Part shown: positions 45,178-51,191 of the stretch, in pieces | Position numbering within the stretch: the first letter of the stretch is position 1 | How the letters are laid out: each line of letters begins with the position of its first letter | IMG/VR virus record: IMGVR_UViG_3300033153_012783 | Coordinates: 1 to 51,191 of that record | Strand: one strand, 5' to 3' | DNA: 51,191 nt | Origin: a virus | Taxonomy: Duplodnaviria > Caudoviricetes | Position numbers and translations under genes: made by a program | The notes under the pieces: generated by a model | Databases searched by the model: none | The model's input: only the letters and a program-made list of their open reading frames with translations | Told to the model about the DNA's origin: nothing

Positions 45178-46384
45178 CGTCGATGATGGCCCGATCGTTG
45201 ATGTCAGCATACCGGCAATATTCGAACCATTAGCACAACCAGCCAGGTACAAAGGCATCCATGGCGGCCGGGGAAGCGCGAAATCCTGGTCTGTAGCCCA
45301 GCAGCTGATCATTGATAGCCTGGCTGGTTATGAGCGTATTCTTTGTGGGCGCGAATATCAGTCAACCATCAAGGATTCCGTGAAACATATCCTCGATTCC
45401 CAGATTCGGAATATGGGTGTGGCAGACCTGTTCCACTCCACCAATAGCGAAATAATCAACAAGGAAAATGGGGCGCACTTCATATTCCATGGCCTGCGTC
45501 GTGATCCGCATAAGGTTAAATCACTCGAGGGCATCACAAAGGCCTGGATTGAAGAGGCTAATACCGTCAGCCAGGAAAGCATCGATGTTTTGGTACCGAC
45601 CGTCCGCGTTGAAAATTCAGAACTCTGGTTCACATTCAACAGCAAGGCCAAAACTGATCCCGTTTATAAGATGTTCGTTGAGAACCCGCGTGAAGATGCG
45701 ATCATCATCAAAGCGAACTATTACGACAATCCATTCTTCCCAGATGTGCTTCGCAAGGAGATGGAATACGACAAAAAGCATGATGATGGTAAATATCGTC
45801 ATATCTGGCTGGGTGAGCCCCAGGTTAATTCAGAGCAGCTGGTATTCAATGGAAAATGGAAACGTGATTCAGATATTGCGCCAGGTGAAGATACCGTTCT
45901 TTACTTCGGTGCTGACTGGGGCTTCTCACAAGATCCAACATGCCTGGTCCGGATGTGGCTCAATGAAGAAAAGCGGGAAATCTATATTGATTACGAGGCC
46001 TACGGCATCGCCGTTGAGATTGATGATCTACCGGATATGTTTGAGACAATACCCGGGGCAAAGAGATGGAAAATAACAGCGGATAGCGCACGCCCTGAAA
46101 CAATCAGCTATATTAAGCGGAAAGGTTTTAAGATCGAAGGGGCAAAGAAGGGCCCTGACAGCGTTATCGAAGGGATTGAATTTCTAAAAAACTATACAAT
46201 CGTTGTCCATCCAAGGTGCACACATGTTATTGATGAGCTCGGGCTGTATAGCTACAAAACGAATAAATTAACCGGGGAAGTTTTGCCTATACTCGAAGAT
46301 AAAAATAACCATACAATCGACGCCATCCGATATGCCTTGGAGCAGGTCGCCTTTAACAAAAGAGCCAGGATTCACATAGGATAA
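45152..46384 (+). CDS. terL: Terminase large subunit, PBSX family
   Basis: GGRGSAKS Walker A, WIEEA Walker B, GADWGF..DP, ADSARP, NHTIDAIRY. Confidence 0.96.
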   Translation: MLPMLNQSDVDDGPIVDVSIPAIFEPLAQPARYKGIHGGRGSAKSWSVAQQLIIDSLAGYERILCGREYQSTIKDSVKHILDSQIRNMGVADLFHSTNSEIINKENGAHFIFHGLRRDPHKVKSLEGITKAWIEEANTVSQESIDVLVPTVRVENSELWFTFNSKAKTDPVYKMFVENPREDAIIIKANYYDNPFFPDVLRKEMEYDKKHDDGKYRHIWLGEPQVNSEQLVFNGKWKRDSDIAPGEDTVLYFGADWGFSQDPTCLVRMWLNEEKREIYIDYEAYGIAVEIDDLPDMFETIPGAKRWKITADSARPETISYIKRKGFKIEGAKKGPDSVIEGIEFLKNYTIVVHPRCTHVIDELGLYSYKTNKLTGEVLPILEDKNNHTIDAIRYALEQVAFNKRARIHIG

Positions 46385-46386
46385 TC

Positions 46387-46659
46387 ATGATTTATAAAAG
46401 AAGAGAATTGCAGAGCTTATTTGAGGTCAAGATATACACAGGCAATCCTGACGCCAAACGACCAAAAACAAAGAAAGAAACGGTTATCGCATGGAATCAT
46501 GTTGATGCAATTAGGCAATTCGGAAGTAAGAAAGTCGCAGAAATGCCAAAATTTATTCATCACGTCACATGGCCTGATGTTGAAGATGGCCCTCGCCACA
46601 AAATCACGAGTACAGCGGGCCCAGATAACCAGGAAATACAACCTACGCTAAAGGTTTGA
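46387..46659 (+). CDS. Hypothetical protein
   Basis: AGGA RBS; ORF directly after terL. Confidence 0.65.
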   Translation: MIYKRRELQSLFEVKIYTGNPDAKRPKTKKETVIAWNHVDAIRQFGSKKVAEMPKFIHHVTWPDVEDGPRHKITSTAGPDNQEIQPTLKV

Positions 46660-46660
46660 G

Positions 46661-48874
46661 ATGGCTATTACCTACTCAGCCGGTGCCGGTACTGCAATCA
46701 CCTCGTTTCTGGTGACTCAGGTCCTGGGCGATCAATCCCAGCAAACAGGAAACAATACTATTGTCCTTGATGACATTCCGTCTGCGGCCACTGGATACGG
46801 CGGCAATGTAGGCGATGGCACGCTTGGAATTGGGGATTCTTACGATACTCGTCGGATAATGATTGGCCGTGGTGGCACGATTCAAGAGCGGATTGTCATC
46901 AATGATGCCGCAGGCACGGGCAATACCAGAATATTAACCGTCCATGAGGATTGGGATACAAACCCTGTCCAGACTACCGATACCGTTGATGTTTATTATG
47001 AGATCGCAGATGTTGAAGATGGCGGTGCAGGCGGCGGTATTTCATTTGCTACCCGTACTGGTTTATGGACTCTGACCCGTATTATCACCATTGGTAACGG
47101 CACTGATCCAGCCGGACTTGGAATGCATGGCGGCCAGGCGCTCGAGTGTGCTGATCGTGGTGCTGCAGATTCATTCCTGGTCAAAAATAACGGGTTTTTC
47201 CGTTTTGGCTATTATTCTGGAGGCCTGCCGATCTCCGGTGGAATTATCACGTTAACGGCTGCTACTGATGATGAGCCGGCGCAGAGTTTCGAATCAGGTG
47301 CCGATTCCGCATTTCTTGATACCTTAATCTGGGCGCAGGTCGCTACTCTTAGCCAAATCAGCAATACAGGCGCGGTTGTCTTATATGACAAAACCAAGCT
47401 ATTGAAGGCCACAGAGGAATGTGAATTATACGGCGATGCGGTCACTGATCTGAGTGTCTCAGGCCTCGGCGCAACTACTGAAATTGTCAGAGTAGATTCA
47501 GCAACCGTATGCCTGGCTTTAGTATTGGTTGACGTACAGGTCTTGGATTCCGTGGCCGATACCACAACCGAAACGATAGAGCTGACCGGCGTAGTATTTT
47601 CTGGTGTGCCTGGCTATGTCGATGTTCGCCAGAATAAAACGTGGGATCTGATTGATCCGGTATGGGATGTCACTACCTATACGGAGCTGACTTGGACGGG
47701 AACCAGTACAGGCAACGAGCTCAACGATAAGCGAAGTATTACCGCTGTGGTGCAGGAGGCTGATGGCACAAAATTGCAAGATGCTCTGGTTAATATTTAT
47801 GAAAATACCCAACTTGCCGATCTTGTTCAGGAGCTCGTAACAGATTCAAACGGTCTTGCCACAGGCTCATTTATATACAAAAAACATGCCACAAATTCAG
47901 TAACAACGACCTATGGTGGTCATGCGCTGCAGTCAGGAAAATGGTTATATCTTCCGTTTGTATCAGCGCAGGTATCAACAGAAAATTTTAATGGATCAAT
48001 TGTCTTATCTGACGATACAAATATTGTCCAAACAACTCAGGCAACAGCTATTTCTGACGGTTCAACCATTACCTGGAATGAAGATACTAATCCAAGCTCA
48101 ATTGTCGTATTTTCCGCAGGCACAGGCACGCTGTCGGTCGGAGACACGATAACGGGCGGAACCTCTAGCGCGACAGGCATTGTTACGCAGATTTTAGATG
48201 GTGATTCGGTGGCAGGAACTGTTCACATGAAGACGAGAAATGCGAATGCATTCACTGCCGGTGGCGAATCTTTGAGTAATGGTGCAGGCTGGACGGCAAC
48301 GATGACCGCGGCATCTGAACAAAGATTTAGTATATGGGCTGATGCCGTTACAAAAAGCTTCCAGACAGTCTACGATTACTGGGCTGCTAGAATGACAGAA
48401 ACAACGCTACTTTCTGCAGGAGAATTAATATGGGAATGGTGTCGATCTGCGCAATCCCAGCCGCTTTATAACACTGGAGCAAGTTTTTTCACTGAAAGAT
48501 CAAATGCAAAAGGTATTATTATTGTAAATGGTGGCGCTGGAGCAATTGATTATTTTACTGATGATGCCGGTGGAACATATACCCCACCAGATACGGTAAC
48601 ATTAACGATACAGGTAGATGATTCAGGTGGTAATGCGGTTGTTGGTGCAAGATGTAGAATTGAAAAAACATCTGATGGCAGTCTTATTTCAAACGGATCA
48701 ACGGATGGTTCTGGCGCATATACCGATTCTTATGTCTACACTACTGATGTAGCTGTTAATATTAAAGTGAGACTCAAAGGATATAAGCCATTCAGAACAA
48801 CTGGAACAATTTCTTCGGCAGGACTTACAGTTGGTGTAACATTCCAAAATGACAATATAGTGGACTTACCATAG
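46661..48874 (+). CDS. Large acidic putative virion protein (737 aa)
   Basis: G/T/D-rich; VGDTITGGTSSATG repeat unit; Ig/carboxypeptidase-regulatory-like C-terminal domain. Confidence 0.8.
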   Translation: MAITYSAGAGTAITSFLVTQVLGDQSQQTGNNTIVLDDIPSAATGYGGNVGDGTLGIGDSYDTRRIMIGRGGTIQERIVINDAAGTGNTRILTVHEDWDTNPVQTTDTVDVYYEIADVEDGGAGGGISFATRTGLWTLTRIITIGNGTDPAGLGMHGGQALECADRGAADSFLVKNNGFFRFGYYSGGLPISGGIITLTAATDDEPAQSFESGADSAFLDTLIWAQVATLSQISNTGAVVLYDKTKLLKATEECELYGDAVTDLSVSGLGATTEIVRVDSATVCLALVLVDVQVLDSVADTTTETIELTGVVFSGVPGYVDVRQNKTWDLIDPVWDVTTYTELTWTGTSTGNELNDKRSITAVVQEADGTKLQDALVNIYENTQLADLVQELVTDSNGLATGSFIYKKHATNSVTTTYGGHALQSGKWLYLPFVSAQVSTENFNGSIVLSDDTNIVQTTQATAISDGSTITWNEDTNPSSIVVFSAGTGTLSVGDTITGGTSSATGIVTQILDGDSVAGTVHMKTRNANAFTAGGESLSNGAGWTATMTAASEQRFSIWADAVTKSFQTVYDYWAARMTETTLLSAGELIWEWCRSAQSQPLYNTGASFFTERSNAKGIIIVNGGAGAIDYFTDDAGGTYTPPDTVTLTIQVDDSGGNAVVGARCRIEKTSDGSLISNGSTDGSGAYTDSYVYTTDVAVNIKVRLKGYKPFRTTGTISSAGLTVGVTFQNDNIVDLP

Positions 48875-48884
48875 GAGCTAAAAA

Positions 48885-51191
48885 ATGAGCATCAGCGATG
48901 ATTGGGACTTAGATTATGCCAATACAATACTGAGCCATATCGATGGTGTATTGAGTTATGACACAGGCGGCGGTCGTCAGCCTGCCGTTGGCGAATATAT
49001 TATCGGCAATACTTCCGGCGCTGTGGGTAAAATCCTCGCTGTCACTGGAAATACAACATCTGGCACGATGACGCTGACCGATACGGTGGGCTTCTTTGAA
49101 GATAACGAAACATTCGAGATTTTATCATTTGTCGGATTTGATAATGTCACCACACAGGGTAATGGTTTTTCGTTAGGGACTACCGTCACTGATTCTGTAA
49201 CTGGATCCATTGATGTAAAGGCCATTGAGTACAATGATGATGGTTTGGGGACAGGTACTCTATTTGGAACTAATTTCACCGCATTCGCGGACAGCTTGGT
49301 ACTGAAAGAGACCGGAGGATCGACCGATATTGCTGATTCTGTTGGCACCGGTACCGACAACGATGCAGAATTAACGACAACGCAAACCGATGGTACTTTG
49401 GCTGTTCCTGGTACTGCACAAACAAATGATTCGGTGATTATCCATTACGATGCAGGCACTGTGGCTATCCCAGAGCAAGCATTACTAGAGGATGCCACTA
49501 CGGGTGCGATCGGCTTGGTAGAGCAGGTTAGTGGCGTAGCGGCAACTGGGTCAGTGAGACTTGTTGATTACGATTCAACTGGTGGTGTGTTCACTGATAA
49601 TAATACGCTGAGAGTGGATCAGGTTATTGCTTATAATAACCAGGTTGCCGGTCAAGTATTCTCGGTTGGTGATGTGGTGGTGGGCGGTACTTCCGGTGCC
49701 ACTGGCCGCGTGCTGGCTGATACCGGTACAGAGCTTATTTTGGCGGACGAATCCGGCACATGGACCACAACTGAAGATTTAGAGGTCGGCGGTACCAAGA
49801 TTGCCGAGGCCAACGGAACCAATACCACGCTGAATGTGGCTACTTGTGATATTCCAAGCGGTATCCGTACTGAACAACGCCCCAATTCAATCGGCGGCGG
49901 CTCTCAGCAAGGCGGTATTTATGCTGCTGCAACCGGGCTTAATATTGTTCGTAAATTCAACAGTCTATACACCTATAACCAAGATACTTTCGATGAGCTT
50001 GATCAGTTGGATGATGACGAAGCAATGGAGGCCTTTGGTAAGGGTACATCTTATGCTCTGACCTTCGGATGGAGAGTTCCAGACCTTTCATTCCGGTTCG
50101 TGAGACAGGCAGGTGTTGTGGATACTACGGGCGCCAACGTCTGGGCTAATCCTCAGACGGTGGGTGCACAAAATAAAATCACCGATACCGCTTTTGATTA
50201 CACATCGGCACAACCCTATCGTCAGCCTCAATTATATATTGAAAAAGATGGCGTGAAGGTCGACCCTTGGTGGTTAGAGGGTCAAATTGATGTGCTCATT
50301 AAGACCAAAACGCGCACCGATACAAACTATATCGATCCTGCGACTCCAGGCCTGGGACAGTTGATTCCAGGTGGCGATCCGGCTGTCAATGGTTCCTATA
50401 CGGTATTAAATCGTGAATTTCATGTCTCTACCTATGACGCCACACAATCACCAGCCGCGGCAGCAGGCGTTAATACTATCGCTCTTGGTACGGGCGCTGA
50501 TGTAGCCAGTGATCGCAACCCTAACGGCACGCATACCATGGATTACACGGGCGGCTCTGGCGCTACGTTGATCGTTGGTGAAGAATTCACCGCTGGTATC
50601 GGTAATGGTTTGAAGGTGGGTATTGTGGTATCCGATACAGGTGGCGCAGGGGCTACTGGCACACTTGAATATGTGCTGAAAACTGGCACTAATTTCGTTA
50701 ATACAGACTCATGTACTGCTGAAATATCAGGCAAGACATTTACCTCACCAACTCCAACTAATGTCGTGGCTGGTTTTGGTACAGATATTCGCTTTAGCGT
50801 TATTGATCTGGCGGCCACACCTTCTGGCGGTACGGGCATCACTGGCACCTTCATTCCCGGCGAACCTGTCACTCAGGCGGTAACTGGTGCCACAGGCTTT
50901 GTTGTTCTCGCTAATACCACTACCGATCTGCTTTATATTGAGGTTAATACTGGAACATTCTCAGGCGATAACGATATTACCGGCGATGTATCAGCAGCTT
51001 CCTGGGATGCAGGTACAGGTGCAACCTATCCATCGGCTACCGAGTTTAACGGTGATCTGAACAATGGTGATGGCGCACAGCCTTACGCAGGTTCTGTATC
51101 GGGTGATATCGCCGGTACGGGCGCTGAGACCATGCAGAATATCTACCAATATTCGAAATATGCTGCCGCCCAGGAACAGGCTACGATCTCC
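48885..51191 (+). CDS. N-terminal part of 1027-aa acidic putative virion protein (missed by ORF track because it runs off the end)
   Basis: AGGAG RBS, ATG 48885 (MSISDDWDLDYAN); hand translation open to the end and joins 1..891. Confidence 0.9.
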   Translation, partial: MSISDDWDLDYANTILSHIDGVLSYDTGGGRQPAVGEYIIGNTSGAVGKILAVTGNTTSGTMTLTDTVGFFEDNETFEILSFVGFDNVTTQGNGFSLGTTVTDSVTGSIDVKAIEYNDDGLGTGTLFGTNFTAFADSLVLKETGGSTDIADSVGTGTDNDAELTTTQTDGTLAVPGTAQTNDSVIIHYDAGTVAIPEQALLEDATTGAIGLVEQVSGVAATGSVRLVDYDSTGGVFTDNNTLRVDQVIAYNNQVAGQVFSVGDVVVGGTSGATGRVLADTGTELILADESGTWTTTEDLEVGGTKIAEANGTNTTLNVATCDIPSGIRTEQRPNSIGGGSQQGGIYAAATGLNIVRKFNSLYTYNQDTFDELDQLDDDEAMEAFGKGTSYALTFGWRVPDLSFRFVRQAGVVDTTGANVWANPQTVGAQNKITDTAFDYTSAQPYRQPQLYIEKDGVKVDPWWLEGQIDVLIKTKTRTDTNYIDPATPGLGQLIPGGDPAVNGSYTVLNREFHVSTYDATQSPAAAAGVNTIALGTGADVASDRNPNGTHTMDYTGGSGATLIVGEEFTAGIGNGLKVGIVVSDTGGAGATGTLEYVLKTGTNFVNTDSCTAEISGKTFTSPTPTNVVAGFGTDIRFSVIDLAATPSGGTGITGTFIPGEPVTQAVTGATGFVVLANTTTDLLYIEVNTGTFSGDNDITGDVSAASWDAGTGATYPSATEFNGDLNNGDGAQPYAGSVSGDIAGTGAETMQNIYQYSKYAAAQEQATIS
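51078..51191. repeat. Terminal direct repeat, right copy
   Basis: Identical to 1-114. Confidence 0.97.

Overview
Apparently complete, circularly permuted tailed dsDNA phage genome of 51,077 bp. Bases 1-114 equal 51078-51191, and this junction splits a 1027-aa ORF (48885..end plus 1..891). The architecture is a mosaic: HTH small terminase and PBSX-type large terminase, then a ~7 kb block of large acidic putative virion proteins between terL and portal, an HK97-type head (portal, MuF, protease, capsid), an HK97/SPP1-type neck and a Mu-like contractile tail with a -1 frameshifted chaperone, an HNH-AP2 insertion and a beta-helix tailspike. The GH108 lysis cassette contains a passenger-less YadA anchor. 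A leftward early arm encodes RecE-like/RecT, a GHKL ATPase, NrdJb-like, CsrA, an HslV-like peptidase, Acb2, a Dam-type MTase and a J-domain protein. A rightward arm encodes an initiator, DUF1064, GapR-like, J-domain, PAPS-reductase-like and HTH proteins. No integrase, CI repressor, polymerase, tRNA or CRISPR array was recognised. The host is probably a Gram-negative, likely gammaproteobacterial, cell (inference). The most striking unexplained locus is 43328-44200. It holds an HTH gene whose C-terminus mimics the prohead protease tail, a parS-like palindrome, a ~105-nt antisense sRNA unit and a ~350-nt highly structured candidate ncRNA. All family calls are from motif recognition by eye; no database search was run.
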